A DNA stretch of 64,000 bases from Lingula anatina (GCA_051362555.1 CM120643.1:10106001-10170000); one strand, 5' to 3'. Positions 28,301-41,352 are shown, numbered from the stretch's first letter. Notes: a model not told the origin generated them from the sequence alone. Program-made: numbers and translations.

Positions 28301-29112
28301 CACAAGTTGTCTGCTTTTCCAAGCCTTATGTTTTATTTTTCCAGAGTTCAAAATTTATTATCCATTACCGTACTGCACATTTTGCTTTTACCACCAATAT
28401 GTACTTTTTGATACAGCGTAACTCAAAAACCGTATGGAATACAAAAAAACCGAGACCACCTCCAGTGTTGGGCTTTACATGCTCTACAAAATGCAAAAAA
28501 GAATGGGTCTCTAGCATTAACGGTTCCCGAATTAGAGACAGTTTTCAGTTTCGGTATCTTATGGCCGCTACTCCCGTGAAAATGCACCGATTGACCCCAA
28601 ATTCATGGAGATGAAAGATGACCTGAAGGGTAACACTTTCCAATAATATTATTGGTTAAGTCTGTGTAGTGTCTGAATAACAGGGCAAAAAAAATTTTTT
28701 TCGTAAAAAATTTCATTTTTTTGAAAATTTTGGCCCATTTGACCTTGAAGTAAAGGTCAAAGGTCAAATCCAAGGGTATAGTTGAAATCTACACATATGA
28801 CTTTTGGAAAGCCGTCTATAGAAATTTTTCCCATAACTCCTTCCGTAGGGTAGATAATTAGCATTTAATTTTGCCATTTTTAGACAAGGGTGCATTGTAA
28901 TGAGTGCCACACCCAGACCCCAATACCGACAAAGCCCAAATTTTACGTGGAACGAGTTGAGATTATAGGTGACCTAAATCCATGAGATGGGTACGGGGGC
29001 CCTTACCGTCTAGGAGGAGAAGCGGTAACGGTAGCCGTCCGGCGGAGCCGGCGGAACGATCCGGACGGGACCGAAACCATGTGTACCGCCAGCGCTAACG
29101 CTGGTGGTACAA
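25335..29112 (-). mobile_element. DINE-1/HINE-like non-autonomous Helentron, copy 1
   Basis: Subterminal inverted repeats TTGTACCACCAGC / GCTGGTGGTACAA, adjacent hairpin at one end, stem-loop GAGGCG-ATAC-CGCCTC at the other, degenerate GTCC-like microsatellite, central tandem array. Confidence 0.8.
25550..28135. repeat. 146-bp tandem array, about 17.7 monomers, with 1022-bp (7-mer) higher-order periodicity
   Basis: TATGACTT recurs at 25591, 25737, 25883 and onward; diagnostic variants recur every 1022 bp. Confidence 0.95.
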
Positions 29113-31283
29113 TTATTTCCCATTTGAAAAGATTGAGTCATTCACTGCAGTCTGTTGTCCTCAATTCAGACAAAATTTGGAGGTCAAAGCTCTGCTGCGT
29201 AGTCTTAGGAAAATGCATGTGCACAAGTATCAATTTATATTTGACAAACCTGCATTTCATAGATGAAAGACATGGTGTCACTTAACCTTGAATTACTTTT
29301 GATCTAAGTAAGAAAGATAAAAAATTTGAAAAGGTTTATTCATACTCACAGATGTGTAGCTACCAGTATGTATGTAAAATTTAAAATCGGCATTTTAGCT
29401 TAAAGGTACATACGAACCGAGCATGGGTTTCCAGTAACACATGTAAACCACTTCTACTAGATTCTTATATGACTCAAATAAATTTGACATGCCAAGGGAT
29501 AAACTGAATAGATCACTTGATCAGCCATAAAAGACCTTTAGACTGCTCCTTTCTTTAAATTTATGGTTGTAAATTTAACCTACTTCCGTGACCTACTTTC
29601 CTGCCCCATTGACATACAGCTAAGAATGCCAGCAAAGAAATCTGTTCAAACATCATTTTCGGGTAAAATTAAACAATGCCTTTTGGTAATTCTCTTAGTT
29701 ATACTACTTGAAACTGTATGCTGGCATTTGTTTGGTTTTTGTGACAAAAAATTGACTTTGTATGTATCTTTAATTCATTTGAGTATATAAAATGTGACCC
29801 CTACGTACATTACATCTGTATACATACTGTAGGCTAATACAGGCAGCCATGCACACTTGTCTATAAATATCAAATACCTGTAACAGAGTGTTTTTATATT
29901 TTTATATTTTTATAGCATGGCAACAAAGTTGATTAGTTTTCCAAAAATTTATTCAGTTCAATTGTGGCATATAAAGTCATTTAACGGCCTAATAAAGTAT
30001 ATAAAAAGAAGGCATATGTAAGAAGACAGCATACAATGTATATAAGGCCCCTGAAAAAGTACAAAGAGTATATTTTAATAAGGCCTATTTCACAAAGCTA
30101 AATACATACTGAAACTGAACGCGAGACAAATATCGGTATCATAAGACAACTACTAGTACTTACGCTGTCACAACAAGATAGCGCTTGTATTCTCTTATAT
30201 AATGTTATCTTTTATAATGAATAACTCTGAAAATGATACATTATAAGTAAATACTAACCCTGACAGACAACTTCGGACAAAGCCTAGAGCACACAACCTC
30301 ACACCACACACGTGCCTCTTCATCTCTGCACACACAGTGAATGAATACTACACATATAATACCGGTACAAGGTCAAATTCACCGCGTGACTTCCGTAGTT
30401 ACCGGAAATTACATAACCTGCTAAATATTCATGAGTGTCTTGTCACTTTGTCACATACCAACACCCCTAGGCAGCATTAGTTGCTTGATTTTGTGAACCC
30501 CCATAAAACATGGCTCTCAAATGGCAGATCTCAGTCCCTTCCTACTATTGTTTTGCCCTGTCTCGACTAATGCACCAGACAGACAAGCCTATCTCGGCAT
30601 GTGATTCAGAAGAGCTGTTACTTCCTTTTGGTAGTCTATAAGGTGTGGCCGCCTGACCTGAATATATGTTTAGAATGCATACATATGTATATCAGTTAAC
30701 TGTTATCTAAACACTTCTTGACAGTATTATTTATACCATAAGTGGGGGGATTAAAGTTCAGTTATATACATGTAGATTTCTGTGAAAATTTACACAGTAA
30801 ATCCTTTGGATTTCTCATGCTAACAGAAGGTTTTGGATATCCAGGATTATTTGAAGGGTGGGGGGTGGGAGTCTGCGGATGAGAAACTACCCCTTCCCCC
30901 CTGCCCCGCCCCCCCCCCCCCCCCTTCTAAATCCTAGCTCCACTGGATACTACAGGTTGTGCGTGGATATTCTGATGTAATAATTTAGATAGGTCAAGAT
31001 AATAATCACTCAAAACTGTTTTTTGGATGAAATTAAAACAGTTTTCTTTTTATAACAAAATAGATAACCGAGTCACACAAGTTTAAATATGAAGTCACAC
31101 ACCGGTTGTGCATATATATAAGAAAACCAACATATTTTAATGAATCTTATTTTTCAATAGAATTTTGGAAGTAGACTCAAACTCAAAGATAATCAATATA
31201 CTTCAAACCAATTAATTGTTCCACATATAGAATAATGTGCTGTAACTTATGCACCAGTATGTACTGGTCAAACTGTAGCCTTA

Positions 31284-31498
31284 GGGCATATTCCCATAAA
31301 TTTTAGATCGATCTATCCCCGTGGGGAGTCTCACTAGATTACTGTCAGATAATCCAGCTAAAATGTCGGTCCTGCCTACTACAAGCTGTAAGGGGGTAAT
31401 TAACTTTCGTGCCCGCTCGGCTGACAGTTATTTACCGTGAACCCCCAGGGAGTTAGGTTGATCTAGTTTGGATCGATCTAATCTCTGGGAATGGGATC
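31284..31498. mobile_element. Harbinger/Tourist-like MITE
   Basis: Imperfect palindrome ATTCCCA..GATCGATCTA / TAGATCGATC..TGGGAATG; TTA TSD. Confidence 0.8.
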
Positions 31499-31787
31499 TT
31501 AGTATACATATGGAGATACTAAGATAATATATGCTAATAAGAGATGAACTCACAATATTAAACGATATAAAAAAACTTAACTCCAACACAATGTATGTAT
31601 TTAATTAGGAATGATATAAGAGAGACAGGCCCGTAGCCAGCAATTTCAAATGGGGGGAGGTCGTTTTCTGAAAAAGTGGACCTTTAACCATAAAACCTTC
31701 ATGTACCTAGATCAAGTTTTATCCAGAGTGGACCTTTTTCCAGCAAAAAGGGCGGTTCTTTTGAACCCCCCCCCCCCCCCCCCCCCC

Positions 31788-32004
31788 GAGTTCCCATTTC
31801 CATAGATTACATCGACCTACTTTAGATCGACCTAACTCCCTGGGGGTTCACGCTAAATAGCTGTCAGCCGGGCGGACACGAAAGTTAATTACCTCCTTAC
31901 AGCTTGTAGTAGGCAGGACAGACATTTAAGTCGGATTATCTGAAAGTAATCTAGTGAGACTCCCCGCGGGGATAGATCGATCTAAAACCTATGGGAATAG
32001 AGCC
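31788..32004. mobile_element. Harbinger/Tourist-like MITE, opposite orientation
   Basis: Reverse complement of 31284-31498. Confidence 0.78.
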
Positions 32005-32029
32005 TAAGGGTACTCTTTTGATGATCTAA

Positions 32030-32068
32030 GAAAGTGAAAAAGTGAAAGTGAATATGAAAAAGTGAAAA
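32030..32068. promoter_or_regulatory. Clustered IRF-element-like motifs (GAAAGTGAAA, AAGTGA repeats)
   Basis: GAAAGTGAAAAAGTGAAAGTGAATATGAAAAAGTGAAA; motif match only. Confidence 0.3.
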
Positions 32069-32418
32069 ATTTTAAGGACAAACTTTTAAACTGAATTTTT
32101 TTCTAAAAATAACCGAAGTTCGGCAAGACAAAATACATTTGAGCTCAGTAAAAACACTCCATACGGCTATCTATATTTTACCTGTTTGTTACCAAAAGTA
32201 ACTATGTAGTTACGCCGTAACAGAGATAATTATAAGGTATCAGAGATGCCACAGTCAGTATAGGGTATCACAGTCTGCTTACACAGGAGATACCTGGTAA
32301 CCACGGAAGCCGACTGGTGTCATGTTAAAAAAATTATTATCTCAAAATTTTGAGGTAGTATTTTGAAATTTGGACAAAAAAAATTTTATCTTGAAATTTC
32401 GAGGTAGTATATCTCATT

Positions 32419-33969
32419 AAAAAATCGTTTTGGTATAGATGGTATTGCATTGGCATGATTCAAATGGTACCTGACTGAGCGTAAACAATCAGTCTCAATA
32501 GGCACTCACAAATCACCGTCAACACCACTAACTTGTGGTGTACCACTAGGCTCTGTACTCGGCCCCATCCTGTTCACTCTCTACACGTCAGCAATTGAGG
32601 ACATTGTCTCTAAGTACAGTTTTAACCTTATGCTCTATGCAGATGACTCACAAATTTATATTGTTTGCGTCAGGCCATCAGATGTAATACCATCTATCCA
32701 GAAATGTATTATTCAGTTGAGCCAATGGCTTAATGCCAATTCACTTTTTTCAATGATGGAAAAACAGAAGTAGTTCACTTTACTTCTCGTTTTTTCTAAG
32801 GCTGCGGAAAAACTAGAACTATTAGAAATTGGAAACAGTACAGTTACGGTAAAACATGAGGTTAAAAACCTTGGAGTAATTTTTGATAATAGGTGTGATA
32901 TGGCTGCCGACATCAGTAAAAAATGCAAAGCTGCTTTCTATGGTCTTAAAAAAATTTCCAAACTATCCCACATCCTTGATAAAAGTCAAATGGAGAGGCT
33001 TGTCCATGCCTTTATAACTTAATAATAATAATATAATATAATAATATATTTATTTAAAGTCTAAAATCCATAAAATATGTTCTGTAGACTTTACAAACTA
33101 AAAACTTAAAACACAGTAAGATGAATTGAATTAATAAAATTATGACTTAATAGTCTGAGTTAAGATAATGATGACCAGTTAATATTTCCGAGTTATAAAA
33201 TGTTCTTTAATAAAATTTGTGAAAAAGGTATGTTTTTAAAGCTTTTTTAAAATCCTTCACTGAGCTAATGCTTCTCAAGTCTAAAAATAAAGCTTCACAT
33301 CTTGACTACGGACACAGTCTACTGTATGGTCTTCCTCCCTATCAAATTGAAAAATTGCAATCTGTCCAAAATGCTGCAGCACGACTACTGACCAAAATCC
33401 CTCTCAGATCAAACATTTCACCCATTTTATTCGAACTACATTGGCTTCCTGTTTGACAGAGAATTGTTTTTAAATTACTGTTGTTTGTTTTTAAATTCAC
33501 CAGAGATGAATGCCCCTCATATTTTAACTTGATGCTACATCCAAGTACACCCAGTCTCACCAGGTCTACCAGATCCACCTCCACTCCTTGTTTTATCAGA
33601 AATGATAATAAAAAAACCACCAAAACCTACGGCCACAGGGCATTTTCAATTTCAGCACCAATTTTTTGGAATCAATTACCCTCACACATTCAGACTATTG
33701 ACAGTGTTGAGGTTTTTAAAAAAGATTTTAAAACATTCTTATTTAATTATTTAAGTATTTTAATTAATATTTTCTCATTTTATCAGGAAAAAAGTTTTAT
33801 TGTTCAGACCATTACTATTTTAACCAGCTTTAATTATTTTAATTGTTTTTTACCTAAGCTTTTATTATATGTATAATTAGTTGTAATCCTGATAATTTTA
33901 CCTGTAAACAGCACTGAGACGCTAGTGTAGTGCGGTTTTAAGAAATAAATATTATTATCATTATTATTA
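32419..33969 (+). mobile_element. Second, degenerate copy of the same LINE family, interrupted at 33021-33292
   Basis: Collinear with 22645-23935; in-frame stops and indels; short (TTA)n tail. Confidence 0.92.
33021..33292 (-). mobile_element. 3' end of a different L2/CR1-group LINE inserted antisense into LINE copy 2
   Basis: Minus strand reads LRSISSVKDFKKALKTYLFHKFY*, then AATAAA and a TTA-rich tail; host sequence resumes on both sides. Confidence 0.8.
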
Positions 33970-34491
33970 GCTATCTCGAAATTTCGAGATAGTATTTTGA
34001 AATTTGGATAAAAAAATCTTATCGTGAAATTTCAAGATAGCTACGTTGAAATTTCAAGATCATAATTTTTTTTAACATGAAACCACACGGCTTCTGTAGA
34101 TAACACCCCATGCTGCAATGAATCACCAAACAATTGTCTGTTGATAACGCTGATAACTAATCATGCACTGTGTTCATGTAACCCAATCCATTCATAAAAC
34201 AGGTTATAAAAAGTAACCAGTTAAGTTGTTAAAAACTGTTACTTGTGGTTTTTACTTTTGGTATTTTACTATTTCTGAGCTCAAATGATAAGCCACATAG
34301 AAGAACAAGGATTTAGGTTTTTAATCAGCATGTCAGATTTTTTGAGGAATTTGGGGAAAATTTTTTGGGAAGTTTTTTGCTACCCCCCCCCCCCCCCCTT
34401 CTTGGGGCCAGTGATAAAAAGTAGAGATGTACTGCATACACTTTAAAAGTTACTTAGCTTGTATCAACCCATAAACGTTTGCACACACTTA

Positions 34492-34706
34492 GACCCCATT
34501 CCCACAGATTTTAGAATGATCTATCCCTGTGGGGAGTATCACTAGATTACTATCAGCTTAGCTGGCTTAAGCATATGTCCTGCCTGCTTAAAGCTGTAAG
34601 GGGGTAATTAACTATTGAGTGGGCTCGGCTGACATCAATTTAACGTGAACCCCCAGGGAGTTAGGTCGATCTAGATGGATCGATCTTAATCTATGGGAAT
34701 GCACTC
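34492..34706. mobile_element. Harbinger/Tourist-like MITE
   Basis: Same family, TTA TSD. Confidence 0.78.
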
Positions 34707-35262
34707 TTACACGTGTAGCTGTTCCCCAAACTTCTATAACTTAGTCTATTTAATAAACAAACAACTCTGCTTGGGAAAATCCTAGAATCAAATTTTAAAT
34801 TGGATGCTCATTCCTAGCTCCTTTTTTTAATTTTAGTGTGTTAAATTAATAGTTTCTACCAGTATTCTACGAGGGGCGCCACAGTAGTAACTATCCAGGG
34901 GCAGTGATGAGCAAAACCGAGACCGGCCTGCTAACAGCTTGCCTATGACATCCCTTTTTTTAAATCACTCTTTTAGCGCCATGTAAATAAACTAATACAA
35001 GCCATTTACTAAATAAGATGTAAATCAAAGAGTAAATTCCGGTCACGTGATTTTCCTGTGTTGCAGTCTTAGAGAAATTTGATATGAGGATGTTTTAAAG
35101 TTTTGCCTCGACAAAATGTTTAAAATTTCAGATAAGTACTGCATGGCAGTTTTTGTAATTCATGCCGAGTAAGTTTCATGAAATTTGCAATATTATGGCA
35201 AAAAATCATGAAAATTAAACCATGCGAAGTATAATTTATTTGATATGCAATATTTATAGTAC

Positions 35263-36181
35263 ATGATCTGCACGGAAGCCATCCCAGCCATATGCTTGTG
35301 CAGTCGCCAATTTTGGGTTTGTTTCCGGTGTCACGTGTACGGTCCGTTCTGCGTGAACCATCCGTCCTGACTGATTGTACACCCAGCAGACGCGTGTATG
35401 AGCCGTTCCGTGAATGATCCGTTGTCACTCACCTGTACTGTTATATTCGGCTAGTTCATTTCCTACCACATTATACATTTACTATGATGAGGATAAAATC
35501 CATGTGTTAATTGATAATTTTGATAGAGAATCAGCCTCAAATTACAGTTCGATGCATGGATGAACCTTCCATGGACGGGCCGTAGTTATATAGCTGCTGG
35601 CTACCATTTCAGTATTGATTTTACTAGGCTAGTGTGTTGATATGGCCACCTGAGGGAAATCGCAGTAGAGGTGAACATCTATAAGATATGAATACTTCTA
35701 AATATTATGTTTGAATTTGCAGTATGTTCTCAACAGGGCATGTTTATTAAAGGCTAAGAATGTATTCATGACTCTATAGAGACGGACTGTACACGCCAGA
35801 AGTCTCTCAGATTTGCCTGCGCTTTGTGCGCATGAGCAGAACGGATTGTTCACGCTTCGAGCGGTACACACCACACCGGGTCATTAGATTAACATAGAGC
35901 CCTAATTGGTCACAAGCAATTTGAGCTGCAGCTACAGCTGAGTGATCACCACTGGTCAGTGGTCACAGACTTTTAGCTGAAAAGTTTGGACACCTTTGGT
36001 GAAATTTTGCATTTAAAAAACTTCGATATCTTTGTTGCTTGTAGGAATATTTTAAAAATTCCAAAAGAATTCATCTGTCATTTGCATTCCCTTTCATAAG
36101 ATATAAGTATTATATTTTTCTGATCAGTTTGAAAAAATTTCTGATATAGCATATGGCTGGGATGGCTTCCGTGCAGATCAT
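35263..36181. mobile_element. Non-autonomous element with 34-bp perfect TIR ATGATCTGCACGGAAGCCATCCCAGCCATATGCT
   Basis: Perfect inverted termini; no clear direct TSD. Confidence 0.7.
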
Positions 36182-39127
36182 TAGGGGGGAGTGGGCAACT
36201 TCTGACTCATTTTTGAAAGTGGCATTTAAAAAATATGACAGACATGGTGTTATTTAAACTTGAATAAAATTTTAAACGGTATATTCGATATATTCATACT
36301 CACATATGTGGCTATCTCAGATTCTATGTACCAAATTTCAAGTCTCTACCGGTAGTTCTTGAAAGCAGGAAAAATCGTGTGGACTCCACTATAGGCTACA
36401 AAATCCTCTAACAAAGCATTTAACACTCATCACATCAGTGTCCAAATGTCTTTACTCCGAAGTACTCAACACTGCAACAACTAGGTAAATATATTTCCCG
36501 TGTGACTGTGGTATATCTGGAAATTCCACATCTTGCATCTTTTGCTTTCACTTTGATAACGAGTGCGTGACCTTGAACCACTTGTGGGTCATGTGACCAC
36601 TCAAATGATTGGCCAGCACGTCAAGATGTGCAGTTACCTGTACATGTAGTCTTCACAACACCCATCCAATCTCATGTGGCCGAGACAGTGTAAGAATTAT
36701 CTCACCTTTGTTTACAGTTTTGCTGTTTTGTATGCCGGGGGTACATGGAGGGCATTGCGCGAAAGTGACAGCTATCGAGTTGGTGTTATCTTGATAAACT
36801 CGCTTTCAAAGTGAAAGCAGATTGATTTTTCCGCTAGTATTTTTATGTGTCGATGTTGAAGTGAGCATGTACTCTTGAGTAAAGGTGTTTGGTAACATTT
36901 TCTGGTGAGTATTTTTACTAATCTGTGAGCATATTTTTGTTTAAGTATGAACATGGTTTAATTGGCGTCTATGGCAACGATCCTTACGGGGTACTTATAT
37001 GCAGTCAACAAAAACAATATTTTTTTTCTAATCAATGTGTACTAGTATGATATTGGCAATGAAAGGTTTTAATGCATTAAGGTTACACACAACTATAAAT
37101 TTGTGTAATTTGTAGACAAGTGTACCAAATCCGACTGAATATGTAGTTGTAGTTAGTTGAGGTGGTTTAGTTGGAAATGAAGGGAAACTTAAAACGTACA
37201 CATGCAGTAAACATATTTTTAAAGAAAATATCCAACATGGCGGTATTGCTTCACCGTTGCTTTGCGACGGCTGTAAACTTTAGAGGTGGTCATTGTGCAG
37301 CTATGAAAACAACTTTTATAGAAGAACAATGAGCCGTGTTTTGCCATTCGCAGTTGTGTTCAATGGAAGAAATAAAGGTATGCACTTTCATGCCCTCTTA
37401 GTTTGAGTTTTTGCATGAAGTAACTGTGGGTCAACACATTTTTTTTCTAATTAAGCTAGGGACTTGGAAATTGGAATTTATGACACAGATAGCTGCATAT
37501 TTGAGTAAAAATAAACTTATTAGATTTTAGTGTGATCTACAGTAGTTTAGATTAAATTAAAACTATTTAAGTTTCCATGTTTGCCATTTTTTTAAAGACA
37601 CCATGTTTTTAAATGAATCAAATATTGCCCTACTTACTACCGAGTAATAACATTAATTGTCAGAAACTTGAAATTTGTCAGACAATAAGTTAAAGAGCTG
37701 GGCATACTAATTAACATACAATATTAACTTTGATTGGATTTTTTCAAGCATACTGTAGTATCATGTGCCGCTATGTGAATACTTGGCAGGTAAAGTGAAT
37801 GAATTTTGGTTCATAAATATATGCATAATGTATCTTCTAAAGGGTTCCTGGAAGAATTTGACCTCCTAACATTGGATAAATGGGGTACCCTGTCAATTTT
37901 TTCTGCTTAGCCAAATCATCACTCTTTTGTTAATGGTTATAATTTGACTAAAACAAGTCAAATCAAGCCCTTTTTCTTTAGCCAATTTAAGTTAGTTTTA
38001 GCATTTGGCTAAATTGGCGAGTGTTAGCACTACCCCAGACTGTACGAGGAGTAAAAATATGCAACATAAAAATGTACATTATTAATTTATATTTAACTAA
38101 TAGTTTCCACTACATGTACATGTATTAACTGAAATGTTGGTTAAATAAGAGCCTGACTGTTTATACAGATAAAATTGATTATATTTAGACAGAGTTCCAG
38201 TCTGCGATGTTAAGCACTAGCCCGAGGCAATTGCCTACCTAAAGTGACACCGGGCTAGTAAAAAAGTTGAAATTTTATAAAGCACTAGCCCGAACGGGCT
38301 AGTTGTAATTTTGAACCTATTTTAACACTCAGTAAGATTTCAAAAATATAAGTCGCCAGTCTTCTTTGTCCCTGCCTCTAATTTGACGTTTCTAGATAGT
38401 ATGATATGCCTCTCAGTTGAAAAAAAACTCACAGCTAGCTCTAACTACTGAATATTGATTAGTTGCTATAAATAACTTCACTGTAGTTATTTACAGCAGC
38501 AGTCTGTCTGCTCAGTGTGTCGGCATCTTTTTATTTGACCAGTTTGTTGTCATGACTACAAATTGCTGTCAATCAAGAAACTGGATCAGACCGGAATTCC
38601 TTGGTGCTAACAACAGGTTATTTGTCAAAACGGGGTCCGCCATATAGATAAACGTCCCAATAAAATATTCGTCCCGATAGATACGTCTCTATACATACAC
38701 GTCTCAATAGATTTACGTCTCGTTAAATTTACGTTCCGATAGATCCACCAACAGTTTCCTATAAACCCACGTATCTTTAGATCCAGGTACCGCTAGATCC
38801 ATCTATCTGACATCGTAATTAATCGGCTAAAATGCCGATATAAACTTGAGATACAGGTATGAGGCTTTCTAGAGATAGTCTGGATGCGAGTACTGATCGA
38901 CCCACTCAGTGAGATGACTTAATTACAACCTGATATTTATTTATTTATATATTTATTAGGTGTTCAAACAAGACATAGGCCTACATGTACGTTCGCGTCT
39001 ACACGTCTTTACTATCGTTTACTATCATTTACTCCATTCCGCAATGTACGCACGTAACTTCATCAATGTAAACTACTTGGACATAAAAACGACACAAATT
39101 CATTATTATGTCCAAGATGTAAGTAAC

Positions 39128-39130
<3 letters not shown>

Positions 39131-39174
<44 letters not shown>
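39131..39174. repeat. (TA)n microsatellite
   Basis: About 22 uninterrupted TA units. Confidence 0.97.
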
Positions 39175-39177
<3 letters not shown>

Positions 39178-39254
39178 CCGATTTTTGCCTGCAAACTTTG
39201 GGTATGTTTGTCAACCATACAGTAATGGTTTCTATCAAGTAGGCCTATACAAGA

Positions 39255-39923
39255 CACCCTGAGCTTCAGAGATAACTTGACACTAACCTCTTCACAATAG
39301 CCTATCTTCATCGTGTCAAGTTACCTCTGACGAAAATAGTTTGACCTAGTTTATATAAGCCAATCGAATCCTAGTTTCAAAATTTTTCACCAAAGTTTGG
39401 TGAAAACGCTGATTGGTTGACCGTCAATCGGTAATCCTCGGCTGATTCCGCAAGCTCCATACTAACAACAAAGTTATTGTCGAGTGTGGAGACATCCGAG
39501 TAGTGCCGAGTGCATAACCGTACACAAAGAAAGCATGGCGTCTTCTACGAGTGACTACGTAAAATAATGTGTTAAGTTATCTCTTGATTCTTTGCAAAAT
39601 ATGAGTATATCGGAATTGAAACCAGAGCAGTTTGAGGCCCTGCATCATTGTCTACTGAGGGATGATGTATTTTGCGTGCTGCCCACAGGTTACGGCAAGT
39701 CCCTGATATTGAGCCTTATCTCTGATTGGTCCGAATTTGAACAAAGCGCGCTTTGACTCGTTCGCGTTCATTGGCTAGATCGTTCAATGAGTCATTGAGT
39801 GCGGGCTTTAAATTTGATTGGCGGGCGGTGGGGGCAATCGAATGTGGTCAGAGGTAACTTGACACGATGAAGATAGGCTATTGTGAAGAGGTTAGTGTCA
39901 AGTTATCTCTGAAGCTCAGGGTG
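39255..39923 (+). mobile_element. AcademH-like mini-transposon with RecQ-type helicase remnant
   Basis: About 75-bp perfect TIRs (CACCCTGAGCTTCAGAG...), TSD ATACAAGA(C); 39601-39708 encodes ELKPEQFEAL...DVFCVLPTGYGKSLI. Confidence 0.75.
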
Positions 39924-41352
39924 ATACAAGACAGTTACTAGTATCAGGCAGAATCATTCATGAAATGCCCAAATAAATCATACACAGTATAAAATAAGAA
40001 GGGTTTACTTGCAAAACTCTTAACATTATTTCATCAATTTTTGCCGAGTTCTTAATTGACGGGGGCGGTGTGTGTGTGTGTGTGTTTTCTTGGATTAATC
40101 GCTATGAAAAAATATATAATCTTAGGTTCTTGTCAGAAGTCTTCGTAATCAAAACTAAATGAATGTAACATGAAAATAACAAAACATCTAGTGAAATCAT
40201 AAATTTCTGTCAGATAATGCATTAGTAGGCCTAATGTAAATTACCCGAGTATTGCGTAAAAACGATTTATAATAGAATAATAAATTGCTGAAAGGATTAA
40301 TATGTGTACTCTCGTTTTAAACAGTGTATTTTATGTACTGAGTAGTATACCAACCATTTTGAGCAATAGTGTACCTGTAATGGATCTATCGGTATTTGGA
40401 TCTAAAAATACGTGGATCTATAGGTATGCGGATTTAAAGGGTTTATGAGGACGTCGTATCTATAGGAACGCAAATTTATAGGACGGTGGTAAAAAATTGG
40501 ATCTATCGGTATTTAAATCTAAAAAGACGTTTTTTCAGTTTTCCCTTTATGTATCTATCGGGAACGGGAGTATAGGGACGTGTAATATTTTGGGACTAAA
40601 TTTTATCCATACGTACCCGTCAAAACAACACTGTCTCCGAAGCAAGTGTAATGTATGCGTTATCTCATAGAACATTTGGGTTAGGACCACTTAGCAGACT
40701 GAGGGGTATTTCCTTTTTTGTTTATATATTTATTTATAATTTTAATATCCATGAGTAAATACATTTTCCGTTGCTTATTGTCTTTTAAAAACAATAACAC
40801 CCTGGCAGTTACATAAATACCCTATGAACTATTCTTGACAATGTGGGATAGTTCGGTTTATGCCTTGGCTACCCCTCCACACTTTGTCCTGGTAAAGTCC
40901 TTGAAAAGTTGTTTTTACAAATATATAACCAAAAGTATTCTAACCAAAAACTTGTAAGACGTTTGTTTAATTACCCATACAGCACCTATGTATTTTTAAT
41001 TAGAAGTGGCATTATATACCGATGTAATTGGAAATAAATTGTCAGAAAAGAGCCATTGTCAATAAAAAGAATAGGAATCTAAAAAAAGATTTTGATTGCT
41101 GCTTGCATATAAAAAAATGGAAAAAAGGTATTATAAAAATATGAAAAGTAAGGGTAACTATATTCAGTATTACAAATTAAAAAAAAAATTTTTTTCAATT
41201 TTAAAAGAATTAAATATACTTTTAATTAATTTTACCACCCCATCAACTGGAAATTAACCTGATTGACTTTGTTATTCACTTGCTCTACTTCTATAATAAG
41301 GTTTATAAGAAAGTACAGTATGGTACCACAACTCTTTACAACATCTGCTTAA

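Larger units (their letters stand above)
32302..34098. mobile_element. Older copy of the same MITE family, split by LINE copy 2
   Basis: CACGGAAGCCGACTGG...CGGCTTCTGTA ends, same internal repeats, TSD GGTAAC/GATAAC. Confidence 0.8.
38632..40618. mobile_element. MULE-like non-autonomous element with subterminal repeats
   Basis: GGG..CCC ends, direct flank GTCAAAAC on both sides, ACGTCCCGATAGAT-like repeats inverted at the two ends. Confidence 0.6.

Noticed and set aside
28224-28614. Recurring small ORFs (MYFLIQRNSK..., MVKILEMGG...) also at 50-51 kb and 62 kb
   Set aside because: They recur only because they are in the HINE arm; frames differ between copies and no domain is recognisable
22090-29112. 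Idea that 22-29 kb and 60-63 kb are arms of the A/B gene duplication
   Set aside because: They occupy non-homologous gene positions (upstream of A versus intron 4 of B) and nest differently; better explained as independent TE copies
34896-38038. Possible large hAT-like element (CAGGGGCAGTG...CACTACCCCAG)
   Set aside because: Imperfect termini and no convincing TSD; not called
38960-39311. ORFs with YIYIYI runs
   Set aside because: Translation of the (TA)n microsatellite
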